A DNA stretch of 64,000 bases from Bacteroidia bacterium (lineage in GTDB: Bacteria; Bacteroidota; Bacteroidia; B-17B0; Aurantibacillaceae): the NCBI GenBank assembly GCA_035405785.1, contig DAONJS010000007.1:49620-113619 (forward strand), written 5' to 3'. Under the pieces are notes generated by a model. That model worked only from the letters and a program-made list of their open reading frames with translations, was not told the DNA's origin and made no database searches. This document shows, one piece after another, positions 27,599 through 37,420 of the stretch. Within the stretch, counting starts at the first letter, position 1; every line of letters begins with the position of its first letter. Both the position numbers and the translations under genes were made by a program.

Positions 27599-30235
27599 CT
27601 ATTCTTTCACAATCTTTTCAATAACTTTTTCTTTATCATTTACTAAAATTTCAAATACATATACACCTGTTGCCAAATCACTTGTATTTACAACGTACTT
27701 ATTAACTCCACCTAATAGTTTTATATCTTTATTCAAAACAAGTTTTCCAAACATATCATACACATTTACTTTTGCATTACCTTCTGTTTTAGTTAATCTG
27801 GATTCTATCATAATATTAACTTCATCATTTACAGGATTAGGGAAAATACCTGTTACAAAAACTTCATCCATTTGAGCATCTATTGCTATTATTTGAGTTT
27901 CTGATTGCTTACCTGAATTTTCAATTGATCGTATTTTGTAATAACTGATTTTTCCTAATGGTGCTGTTAAATCCTGATAATGATATTTAGAAGGAGCGTT
28001 ATTGGGCTTCATGGTTCCAATTTTTTCAAAATTGATACCATCTGTACTTCTGAGTATTTCATAAATTTTCAAATCACTTTCTTCTGCTGTTTCCCAGTAT
28101 AGATGATTGACTTTTGAAATTCTTTCTCCATAAAATGATTTAAAGCCAATAGGCAGTACTACACAGCCCGAAGCACAAGATCCCTGAGGTGTAAACAAGT
28201 AAGCAGTATTAGTCATAGTCCATTGGGTAGGATAATTATGTGCGGTCATATTTACAGGAGGGACATATTTAGTACCATCATAATTGTGTAATCCTAAAAC
28301 AGCATATCCACCATTCCATGAAGAGCAAACTCTTTTTTCTTTGACATGTATTTCAATATTACCATTTTCAAAAATCTTTATTTGTCCGAAAAAACGAGGT
28401 AAAACACTAGATTCGCAAGAAAATGAGAAATATGGTATATCTTCCCAAGAAATAACCACTCTTCTATTAGGTGCAACTCCAAAAGTGGCATATTGAATTT
28501 TTGAAGTAGCAACAGTAGCAGATGTTGCAGGATTAATGTCATGCCATGGTCCTAAAATCGCATTACGGGGTATAGATGTACCAAAAACAGGAGCAGGACT
28601 TGAAATAGAATATCCTGTTGATACACCAGGACCGGCAATTGTAGATGTTTGAATATTAGGTATATTACAAACGGCATCAAATACAAACGAAGAGTTGGAA
28701 GCAGGGTAACCACCCCAGTAAGTGCCACCATCAAAACAAGTTGAAAAACCAAACATTACAATAGTGGAGAATAGCACATCATCAGTCATTGGTAAAGAGG
28801 TACCTGTAAAAGTTTCAAAATTAAAAGGTATGGATGAGGCAGAATAATTCATATTACAAACATTTACAGCAGTATTAACTCCGGAAATGCTTAAATCAAA
28901 AGGATAGCAAGCTGGAGAAGCTAAAGAAGCATAAGAATCTATTACTAAATAATAAACCTGACCTGCTGTAACATTGACACATTTCAGTGTTTTATTTCCA
29001 GTGCTACTTTGAGCATTTGCTATACAAGTCCCACCACTTAGAGGACATCCCTGATATAACATCAAGCCTGTATAACTACCGGAGGAATTTAATGTAATAT
29101 CAATTTGACCAGTTGCTGTAGGTGTAAAACTATAAACAGCATCTTCACCAGTGTAATAAGATGAACTGCCGCATACATTTGAAACATTACTTGACTTAAC
29201 ATCATTTACTTCTCCACAAGTAGATCTTCCAACATCTGAATATGGTAATGATGGTATTTGGATAAGCCCACATACACAGGGTGAGGATATTACATTAGTT
29301 GTTACAGTGTTTGTTGTAAAACTTTGTCCTGAATTGGGACAGGTAATGACTGCTCTAAAATATCTCAAACCATTAATATTATATGTGGCAGTTGTAACTC
29401 CAGTACTAAATGTAGTCCATGTTATAAGATTAGTAGAAGTTTCAAATTGATAAGTTAGACCACAACCGCTATTAGAATTGCTTACTAAGTTTAATGTAGT
29501 TGTAAAATTAGCACATCTATTATAAGGAGTTGCACTTAAAGTAAAACCACTTGGTGTTCCTGAGCATTGAATAGGATCCCATCTATATACTTGGCCTGTA
29601 GCGGGCTCGGTATTTAATGATGTAGTTTCACTAGTAGATGAAGGAGTTGGAGAAGGCCCTGTATTATTAAGAGATAAAAATTGTCCAACAGCACCACTTA
29701 ACCCAATAGAAGCGGACCCGTTATAAACATTATTACTGTTTTCATCTCTATAAATAAATTCTATTCTATTTGATGTTTCATATAGTTTTACTTGAAAAGA
29801 TATTACTGCTGTATTTGCCGCATAATTCCATTCCATATTTAACCATTCAATAGTAAAAATCCGATTGGGAAATGTGCCCGATGTTTGACATCTAACATCA
29901 TTTGTACATTGTAAATCATCCCATAATGGTGCAATAATTAAACTTGTACCAGATAAGTTATTTGTGAATAATGAAGTTGTTTTAGACATATCAAAAGTTA
30001 ACCAACCATTAGAAGAAATTTTTATTTGTGTATAGGGTTGGCAATTGTAATAAAAGGTAAATGGTAAAGTTATAGCAGAGGATAATACATCATCAGCAGT
30101 ATTGTTAGTAAATGTTGGTGTGCCACCAGTTAATGGGGTAAAAACTCCACTTGTTGCAGTAAAATTATAATTTAGTTGTGCTTTTGAATGAGTCAGCAAA
30201 GCAGTAATCCCCAATAAAATTAAAATCCTTTTCAT
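27599..30235 (-). CDS. T9SS type A sorting-domain cargo protein, 878 aa
   Basis: Signal peptide. Two copies of a domain with SSNGW..APLWDDL..PNR.F.I.W..FQVKLYE.SNRIEF (the second reads ILGPWHDIN..PNRRVVISW..GQIKIFENGNIEIH). C-terminal IFPNPVNDEVNI...GVYVFEI tail. Confidence 0.8.
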   Translation of the reverse strand: MKRILILLGITALLTHSKAQLNYNFTATSGVFTPLTGGTPTFTNNTADDVLSSAITLPFTFYYNCQPYTQIKISSNGWLTFDMSKTTSLFTNNLSGTSLIIAPLWDDLQCTNDVRCQTSGTFPNRIFTIEWLNMEWNYAANTAVISFQVKLYETSNRIEFIYRDENSNNVYNGSASIGLSGAVGQFLSLNNTGPSPTPSSTSETTSLNTEPATGQVYRWDPIQCSGTPSGFTLSATPYNRCANFTTTLNLVSNSNSGCGLTYQFETSTNLITWTTFSTGVTTATYNINGLRYFRAVITCPNSGQSFTTNTVTTNVISSPCVCGLIQIPSLPYSDVGRSTCGEVNDVKSSNVSNVCGSSSYYTGEDAVYSFTPTATGQIDITLNSSGSYTGLMLYQGCPLSGGTCIANAQSSTGNKTLKCVNVTAGQVYYLVIDSYASLASPACYPFDLSISGVNTAVNVCNMNYSASSIPFNFETFTGTSLPMTDDVLFSTIVMFGFSTCFDGGTYWGGYPASNSSFVFDAVCNIPNIQTSTIAGPGVSTGYSISSPAPVFGTSIPRNAILGPWHDINPATSATVATSKIQYATFGVAPNRRVVISWEDIPYFSFSCESSVLPRFFGQIKIFENGNIEIHVKEKRVCSSWNGGYAVLGLHNYDGTKYVPPVNMTAHNYPTQWTMTNTAYLFTPQGSCASGCVVLPIGFKSFYGERISKVNHLYWETAEESDLKIYEILRSTDGINFEKIGTMKPNNAPSKYHYQDLTAPLGKISYYKIRSIENSGKQSETQIIAIDAQMDEVFVTGIFPNPVNDEVNIMIESRLTKTEGNAKVNVYDMFGKLVLNKDIKLLGGVNKYVVNTSDLATGVYVFEILVNDKEKVIEKIVKE

Positions 30236-30240
30236 ATTTT

Positions 30241-30624
30241 TTAGTTTTGAAGTTCTTGTTTAATGAGTTCTCCGTTTTTTACATCAAAGTCGCAGTAATT
30301 GGTTAAATCAATGATGTTCTTTTCATCAATGTATACTTTTTCTAACAATAAATCATTGAGTTTTGTATCACTTTCCTTTAAAGAATTAATAACATCAGAA
30401 GGAGATAGAAATACCGAAGCATCATATTTAAAGAAAATTCCTTGATGAGTAGGGCAATAAGCAATATATTTTAAACCCGAAGTGTTTTTTATCTTATCAA
30501 TCACATAATTTCTATCTTCTATATTTGATGATTTCAAAGCCACAAAATGCCATTTGTATTGAGCAAAATTATATTGTCCTAAAATTACAATTAAAGTAGT
30601 CAAAGTTAATTTTAATGTTTTCAT
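30241..30624 (-). CDS. Small secreted protein, hypothetical
   Basis: 127 aa with a signal peptide. Lies 5 nt upstream of the 878-aa cargo gene. Confidence 0.5.
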   Translation of the reverse strand: MKTLKLTLTTLIVILGQYNFAQYKWHFVALKSSNIEDRNYVIDKIKNTSGLKYIAYCPTHQGIFFKYDASVFLSPSDVINSLKESDTKLNDLLLEKVYIDEKNIIDLTNYCDFDVKNGELIKQELQN

Positions 30625-30760
30625 AATACAATTTTGGGCGTATTTTAAATAAATTATTATTAAAATGCATAATTTTTAAATAAATAAATGCTACCGTTCG
30701 CTCAATAAAACATACCATTCACTCAATGAAATGACATTTTGTTAAAAAAAGGTTATTAAA

Positions 30761-30828
30761 GTGAATAGTGAAAAACGAAAAATTTAAAAAAATGTTCAAT
30801 GCTCAATGTTCAATTTTCAATGCTCAAG
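30761..30828. repeat. GTGAATA-family and TCAATG-family heptamer units
   Basis: gtgaatagtgaaaaacgaaaaa (30761-30782) and atgttcaatgctcaatgttcaattttcaatgctcaag (30792-30828). Confidence 0.85.
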
Positions 30829-30850
30829 TTTTAATTATAAATTTATTTTC

Positions 30851-30936
30851 AAAAAAAATCCTGAAAGGATGCAATAATTATAGGATAATGAATAATGAGC
30901 ACAAAAAAAAACCGAAGGGATGACAGGATTATAGAA
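30851..30936. repeat. Two direct copies of a ~34-bp word (A-run + CYGAARGGATGMMA..ATTATAG)
   Basis: aaaaaaaatcctgaaaggatgcaataattatagga (30851-30885) versus aaaaaaaaaccgaagggatgacaggattatagaa (30903-30936). Confidence 0.7.
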
Positions 30937-30999
30937 GTGAATAACGAAAAGTGAATAGTGAAAAGTGAGAAAAAAGTGAGAAAAATGAATAGTGAGAAG
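30937..30999. repeat. GTGAATA/GTGAAAA heptamer array
   Basis: gtgaata acgaaaa gtgaata gtgaaaa gtgagaa ... tgaatagtgagaag. Confidence 0.85.
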
Positions 31000-31018
31000 T
31001 TTTAAGTTATATCAATAT

Positions 31019-31107
31019 CGTCATTGCGAGGACAATAGTCCGAAGCAATCTCGCAATGTTTAGTGTGATTATACAAATGAGATTACTTCACTTTGCTCGT
31101 AATGACG
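31019..31107. mobile_element. 89-bp MITE-like element with CGTCATTRCGAG terminal inverted repeats (copy 1), plus extra half-copies to 31174
   Basis: Starts cgtcattgcgagg and ends ctcgtaatgacg. Alignable end to end with the reverse complement of 41272-41360, roughly three quarters identical by eye. Further arm copies at 31120-31146 and 31163-31174. Confidence 0.5.
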
Positions 31108-31265
31108 AAATTGCTTTTGAGATTGCTTCGCTTTGCTCGCAATGACTGTATTAAATTTCTAAGCTCGCAATGAAGAGAAAAAATTCCGAAAGTATGATTT
31201 ATCCCCTTGCAATTTTTATCTAATTGATTCGTTTATTAGTAAAATTTTCTGTAAATTTAGGGCTT

Positions 31266-32348
31266 ATGAAAAAATTAGTAGTCATTGTAATAATAATAAG
31301 TTGTTTTCCAAAGATATTTGCACAAAAATATTCTAATGAATTTTTGAATATTGGTGTAAGTGCTCGTGCCCTTGGCATGGCCAATGCTGTTATTGCAAGT
31401 GTAAATGATGTTAGTTCGGGCTACTGGAATCCATCTGCTTTATTGCTTCAAAAAAATAATATTGAAGTAGGGCTTATGCACGCAGAATATTTTGCGGGTA
31501 TTGCTAAATATGATTATTTAGGTGTGTCTAAAATCATTGATTCTAATAGCGTAGGCGGGATAAGCGTGCTTCGCTTTGGTATTGATAATATCCCAAACAC
31601 ATTAGATTTAGTAGACCCTAATGGTAATATAGATTATTCTCGTATCACTTCTTTTAGTGCAACAGACCTTGCAGTGTTGCTTTCTTATGCTCGTAAAATT
31701 CCTGCTCTGAAAGGAGTTATGATTGGAGGCAATTTCAAAGTCATTAATAGAAAAATAGGTCCATTTGCTACAGCGTGGGGATTTGGTTTAGATGCTTCTG
31801 TTACTTATCATTACAAAGAATGGAAATTTGCCGCCATGGCAAAGGACATTACGGGAACCTTTAATGCATGGTCATTTTCATTTACAGATGATGAAAAAGC
31901 CGTGTTGCAATCTACTGGAAATGAAATACCATCTAATTCTGTAGAAGTTACCAAACCTTCATTAATACTTGGTACTGCAAGGCAATTTAATTTCAAAAAA
32001 GAATTTTCATTACTTGCAGAAGTGAATTTATTTAATACTTTTGATGGAAAAAGAAATACAGTAATCAAAACAAATTTATGGAGCATGGAGCCAAGAATGG
32101 GTATTGAAATTGGTTACAAAAAAATGGTTTTTGTAAGAGCGGGTATTGGCAATTTTCAAAAACAATTAAACCCAGAAGGTACTCAATACATTACAACTTT
32201 TCAGCCCAACATTGGTGCAGGTATTCATTACAAAATTTTTACTGTTGATTATGCTCTTACTGATATTGGAGATAATAGTATAGCACTGTATTCAAATATC
32301 TTTTCTGTACGAATTGATATTAATCCAAAATCTCAATCTCAAAAATGA
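31266..32348 (+). CDS. PorV/PorQ-family T9SS outer-membrane beta-barrel protein
   Basis: Signal peptide MKKLVVIVIIISCFPKIFAQ. N-terminal signature FLNIGVSARALGMANAVIASVNDVSSGYWNPSAL and alternating beta-strand pattern to the C-terminus. ATG at 31266 preferred over the TTG at 31224. Confidence 0.7.
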   Translation: MKKLVVIVIIISCFPKIFAQKYSNEFLNIGVSARALGMANAVIASVNDVSSGYWNPSALLLQKNNIEVGLMHAEYFAGIAKYDYLGVSKIIDSNSVGGISVLRFGIDNIPNTLDLVDPNGNIDYSRITSFSATDLAVLLSYARKIPALKGVMIGGNFKVINRKIGPFATAWGFGLDASVTYHYKEWKFAAMAKDITGTFNAWSFSFTDDEKAVLQSTGNEIPSNSVEVTKPSLILGTARQFNFKKEFSLLAEVNLFNTFDGKRNTVIKTNLWSMEPRMGIEIGYKKMVFVRAGIGNFQKQLNPEGTQYITTFQPNIGAGIHYKIFTVDYALTDIGDNSIALYSNIFSVRIDINPKSQSQK

Positions 32349-35300
32349 GAAATCATTTATTATACACTCCATGTTTTTTCTTAGTTTTTATTTATTTTAT
32401 CTGTCAAAAAAGTTTTGGACAATCTTATGGGAATGAATGGATAAATTATTCACAGCAATACTTTAAATTTCCTATTTACAAACAAGGTATTTATAGAATA
32501 GATTCTACAACTTTAGCCAATGCTGGTTTTCCTGTTCAATCTATTGATCCAAGAAATATACAAGTTTTTTTATATGGTCAGGAGCAGTTCATATACATTA
32601 AAGGAGAACAAGATGGAGTATTTAATGGTTCTGATATTATTGAGTTATTTGCTCAGCCACAACCTTCTCTTTTAGATAGTGGATTATATACGAATATTAC
32701 AGCAGTGCCCAATCCTTTTGTAGGTGTGTGTTCAGCAGGAACAGGAAAAACTGATACAGTATATGCTTTCATTACTTACAACAATTCTACTTCAAACAAA
32801 AGAATCACAATAGAAACAGATACTTCATTTTTATCTCATGGTATGCCTGAAAGTTATTTGTATACAGAAGTTCTATCTGCTTTTAAAAATAATTACAACT
32901 ATTTACCACAATATACCTCTGATGGAATAAGCGATCCAAGATATACAAAAGGAGAAGGGTGGGGATATTATTATGGAAGAGGAAGTTCGGCTACATTTTT
33001 TTCTTCATCATTTTCAAATTTATATACAGCATTATCTTTACCAGTTTATCTAAAATATTCATTTTCAGGACAGGGTGTTGATTATATGTACACACAAGAT
33101 CATCATGTTAAAGTAAAATGGTATGATGGAAGTTCTGTAAATGTTACTGTATGGGACACGGCTTTTAGTGGATGGCAACATTTCGTACGCACCAGTACTG
33201 TATCTGCAAATGTTTTAAATCCTTCTGTAAAGCCCTATATTGAATTAGTAGCAGATGCAGGTACTTCAACTCAACCCAATATCGCACTTATCACTCATTA
33301 TATTTATTCAAAATATCCATTTAATAATAATTTTTTATATCAAAATAAAGGGATCATTTATGTTAATGATCATCCATCTTTGCCAAAAACTTTTGTGTAT
33401 TTGAACAATGTTAATGGTGGTAGCAATAACGAAATTATTTTTTATGATTTGACTAATCACAAAAGAATTGAAAATCAATTTGTATCAAATACATTGAGAG
33501 TTTTAGTACCTAATAGTGGAGGTGAAAAAAAGTGTTTTTTATCAGCAAGTTCTGAAATCATTAATGTAACCTCTATCAAAAAAGTTAATAATAACACAGG
33601 GTATTTCACAAACTTTTCTACGCCAAAAGATTCTGCGTTTATCATAATCACGCATACTACTTTATTGTCTTCTGCTAATCAATACAAGCAATATAGAGAA
33701 AGCAGTGCAGGAGGTAATCACAATGTCATACTTGCTGATGTAGAAGAATTGTACGAACAATTTGCTTATGGAACTCCTAAACATCCACAAGCCATTCGTA
33801 ATTTTTGTAAGTATTTGATAGATAATATGCCTTCATCGCCAAAGTATTTGCTACTAATTGGTAAGGGTATAACTTATGAGTACTTAAATCAAGGTGACAG
33901 TTTAAATCAAAACCTTGTCCCGTCAATGGGCTGGCCTGCTTGTGATTTATTGCTTACTGCAAAATTACATAGTAATAATGACTTAAAACCTGAAATACCT
34001 ACTGGTAGAATTGCCGCATTGAATAATACACAAGTTTTAAATTATTTAAGTAAAGTGCAACAGTTTGAAAATCCTGATATAATTGATTGGAAAAAGCAAG
34101 CCATTCATTTTGCAGGTGGGATCAATGCCTTTGAACAATCTGCATTTTTAGGATATATGAATAACCTGAAAAATATTTTTGAAGATACTTTAATGGGCGG
34201 AAAAGTTATTGCAACATTTAAAAAAACGACTTCTGCTCCTATACAAAATAATATTCCTGATTCTGTTCAAACACTAATAAACGCAGGTGTTGGATTGATT
34301 GGATACTTTGGACACGGCTCTCCTGCAGGTTTTGATATTGCTATTGAAAATGTAAATGATTACAATAATGCAGGAAAATATCCCGTATTTATTGTGAATG
34401 GCTGTTATGCAGGCGGTATTTATTTCCCTAATAATAGCTCTGTATCAGAGAATTGGATTTTTGCTTCTCAAAAAGGGGCTATTGATTTTATTGCCAGTTC
34501 ATCTTTAGGACTAGCAGGATATTTATATCAATATAGTTATAATTTCTATAAGAATTTAGCATTATACACTTATGGCAAAGGCATAGGAAACAATATTCAA
34601 AAAGTCGCAGATGCAGCTTACTTATCCAATGATATATATCTACAAATCATTACATCAGATATTTCTTTACACGGTGATCCTTCTATCAAATTATGGAGTG
34701 GAAATGTACCTGATTACAAAATTTCTAATGCTGATATAAGTTTTGATACACAAACCTATCCTGATTCTATTGGCGTTGTTGTAAATATTCATAATGGTGG
34801 AAAAGCATTGAACGATAGTTTCTTTGTAAAAATTACAAGAATATTTCCTGATGGAGACACATCTATTATAATCAGACGAGTAAAAGCACCTTATTTTGTC
34901 AATTCTTACAAATTCTATATTTACACTGATATTTTCAAAGCAGGTGGTTTAAATAAATTTTCTGTATATGTTGATTCCTATTTTGAAATTGCAGAAAGTA
35001 ATGAAAATAATAACTCAACCATTGGCACAGTAGATTTGTTTATTCGTTCAGGAGATATTATTCCTGTTTGGCCATATAAATATGCTATTGTGCCTAAAAC
35101 ACCAACCATCACCTTGAAAGCATCTACCATAGATCCACTCATTCAGAACACAGCTTGGCGGTTTCAATTAGATACAACAGATAAATTTACTAATCCGATT
35201 CAACAAGCAGTTATTTACAGTAGCGGTGGAGTTGTGGAGTGGCAGGTAAATCTTACATTCAAAGACAGCACAGTGTATTATTGGCGTGTAAGTAAAGATT

Positions 35301-37399
35301 CTATTTCACCAACAGATAATTTTAATTGGCGAGAAAGTTCATTTCAAACTATTGGTGATAAACGGGGCTGGGGACAGGCACATTATTTTCAATTCAAAAA
35401 TGATGCTTATCAATATGTTCATTACAATCGTCCGCAAAGAAATTTTGTTTTTGTCAATAATAAAGTAAGCATCTATTGTAGAACAGGTTTTATTGGACAG
35501 CCATTAAGTTTTGACCAGATTATTTATTCTATCAATAATGGCGTGAAACACATCTGGTCTTGCACTCCAGATGGATGGACTATTGTGGTGATTGATTCTG
35601 TTAGTGGAGAACCGTGGGTGTCTACACTGCCCAATTATTCTGGTGGAGCACAAGTTGGAATGTACGGAAATTGTCATTGTGATGGTGCACGCCCACTATA
35701 TGCTTTTGATTTTGGTAATGGTTATTGTGGTTCATTGCCCAATTGGCAACAGGACTTGTCAAATTTTATCTTGAATACCGTGCCTAATGGAGATTATGTG
35801 CTTGCTTATTCACCTAAATATATTGTTACAAATACTATGATTCCGCAATTTTATACTGCAATGCAAAGTATTGGCAGCGCAAATATTATCAATTACAATG
35901 ACACAATACCAATGATTATCTTTGGAAAAAAGGGAAGTTTGCCGGGAACTGCTCACGAAGTTATTGCACCTAATGCACATACATATATTGAATTATTTGA
36001 TTCTATTACTACTAAATGGAAAAATGGCTTTGTATTATCTGAAATCATTGGTCCTGCTACAAAATGGAATAGTTTGCATTGGCGAGTAGCATCATTAGAC
36101 AATCCTAAAACAGATACTACAATTATCAAAGTTATTGGCATTAAAAACAATGGTCAAAAAGATACGCTTGCAATATTTACAGAAGATAGTATAGATGTAT
36201 TAGATTTGTACAATTATGTAGATGCTAATGTTTATCCACGCTTACAATTAATTGCTTATATGTACGATAATATCAACCGCACTGCACCACAACTTAAAAG
36301 ATGGCAAGTGCTCTATGATGAAGTGCCCGAATGTGCTATCAATCCTAAAAAAGGTTTTTATCTGAAAAACGATACTATTCAACAAGGCGATAAATTCGTT
36401 ATAGCTTATGCCATTGAAAATATCAGTCATAAAACATTCAATGATAGCTTATTAGTTACTTATTCTCTTGAACAAAATAATATCTTAACACCACTTCCTG
36501 ATAAATTAAAAATCAAACCATTTTATCCTGCAGCCATTATTATAGATACTTTAAGCATTAGCACACTTACTCTCTCAGGAAATAATACAATATGGATTGA
36601 TGTGAATCCACCAGGTCATCCAAAATATCAATTAGAACAATTTCATTTCAATAATATTTTACAACTATCGTTTAATACTTCCCGAGACATCATAAATCCC
36701 TTACTGGATGTAACTTTTGATGGCATTAGAATATTAAATGGAGATATTGTTTCAGCCAAGCCACATATTTTAATTTCTGTGGTAGATGAAAATAAATATT
36801 TATTACTCAATGATACTTCTGATATTAAAGTGTTTCTAAAAAAAGATAGTGATCCAGAAAAACAATTATTCTTTGCAAAAGATTTGGTTTTCATTCCAGC
36901 CAGTAGTTATAATAAAAACAAATGTCAAATAGAATACAAGCCCATTTTAGCAGATGGAAAATATACTTTGAGAGTTCATGCCAATGACCGAAGTCAAAAT
37001 GTTTCAGGGTTAAACGATTATCGCATTATGTTTGAAGTGATTAATAAACCTTCAATTACTCAAATACTCAATTATCCCAATCCTTTTTCTACATCCACAA
37101 GATTTGTATTTACACTCACTGGCTCTGAAATTCCCGAAGTATTTGATATTCAAATTATGACCATTACTGGAAAAGTAGTGAAAACCATTCGTAAAGAAGA
37201 TTTAGGATTTATTCATATAGGTAGAAATATCACTGAATACGCTTGGGATGGCAAAGATGATTTTGGAGATAAATTAGCCAATGGCGTTTATTTGTATAAA
37301 GTAAATGTGAGATTAAATGGAGAAAAAGTAGAAAATCGTGCAACTGATGCTGATAAGTTTTTTAGCAAGGAAGTTGGGAAGTTAGTGATATTGAGGTAA
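32345..37399 (+). CDS. Very long (1684 aa) C25/gingipain-family cysteine peptidase, PorU-like T9SS sortase candidate
   Basis: His-Cys dyad GYFGHGSP (H657, nt 34313-34315) and VNGCYAGG (C687, nt 34403-34405). C-terminal beta-sandwich tail ...NYPNPFSTSTRFVFTL...ANGVYLYKVNV. ATGA start/stop overlap with the PorV-family gene. Confidence 0.75.
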   Translation: MRNHLLYTPCFFLVFIYFICQKSFGQSYGNEWINYSQQYFKFPIYKQGIYRIDSTTLANAGFPVQSIDPRNIQVFLYGQEQFIYIKGEQDGVFNGSDIIELFAQPQPSLLDSGLYTNITAVPNPFVGVCSAGTGKTDTVYAFITYNNSTSNKRITIETDTSFLSHGMPESYLYTEVLSAFKNNYNYLPQYTSDGISDPRYTKGEGWGYYYGRGSSATFFSSSFSNLYTALSLPVYLKYSFSGQGVDYMYTQDHHVKVKWYDGSSVNVTVWDTAFSGWQHFVRTSTVSANVLNPSVKPYIELVADAGTSTQPNIALITHYIYSKYPFNNNFLYQNKGIIYVNDHPSLPKTFVYLNNVNGGSNNEIIFYDLTNHKRIENQFVSNTLRVLVPNSGGEKKCFLSASSEIINVTSIKKVNNNTGYFTNFSTPKDSAFIIITHTTLLSSANQYKQYRESSAGGNHNVILADVEELYEQFAYGTPKHPQAIRNFCKYLIDNMPSSPKYLLLIGKGITYEYLNQGDSLNQNLVPSMGWPACDLLLTAKLHSNNDLKPEIPTGRIAALNNTQVLNYLSKVQQFENPDIIDWKKQAIHFAGGINAFEQSAFLGYMNNLKNIFEDTLMGGKVIATFKKTTSAPIQNNIPDSVQTLINAGVGLIGYFGHGSPAGFDIAIENVNDYNNAGKYPVFIVNGCYAGGIYFPNNSSVSENWIFASQKGAIDFIASSSLGLAGYLYQYSYNFYKNLALYTYGKGIGNNIQKVADAAYLSNDIYLQIITSDISLHGDPSIKLWSGNVPDYKISNADISFDTQTYPDSIGVVVNIHNGGKALNDSFFVKITRIFPDGDTSIIIRRVKAPYFVNSYKFYIYTDIFKAGGLNKFSVYVDSYFEIAESNENNNSTIGTVDLFIRSGDIIPVWPYKYAIVPKTPTITLKASTIDPLIQNTAWRFQLDTTDKFTNPIQQAVIYSSGGVVEWQVNLTFKDSTVYYWRVSKDSISPTDNFNWRESSFQTIGDKRGWGQAHYFQFKNDAYQYVHYNRPQRNFVFVNNKVSIYCRTGFIGQPLSFDQIIYSINNGVKHIWSCTPDGWTIVVIDSVSGEPWVSTLPNYSGGAQVGMYGNCHCDGARPLYAFDFGNGYCGSLPNWQQDLSNFILNTVPNGDYVLAYSPKYIVTNTMIPQFYTAMQSIGSANIINYNDTIPMIIFGKKGSLPGTAHEVIAPNAHTYIELFDSITTKWKNGFVLSEIIGPATKWNSLHWRVASLDNPKTDTTIIKVIGIKNNGQKDTLAIFTEDSIDVLDLYNYVDANVYPRLQLIAYMYDNINRTAPQLKRWQVLYDEVPECAINPKKGFYLKNDTIQQGDKFVIAYAIENISHKTFNDSLLVTYSLEQNNILTPLPDKLKIKPFYPAAIIIDTLSISTLTLSGNNTIWIDVNPPGHPKYQLEQFHFNNILQLSFNTSRDIINPLLDVTFDGIRILNGDIVSAKPHILISVVDENKYLLLNDTSDIKVFLKKDSDPEKQLFFAKDLVFIPASSYNKNKCQIEYKPILADGKYTLRVHANDRSQNVSGLNDYRIMFEVINKPSITQILNYPNPFSTSTRFVFTLTGSEIPEVFDIQIMTITGKVVKTIRKEDLGFIHIGRNITEYAWDGKDDFGDKLANGVYLYKVNVRLNGEKVENRATDADKFFSKEVGKLVILR

Positions 37400-37420
37400 A
37401 GAGAAATTAATTAAAATAAA

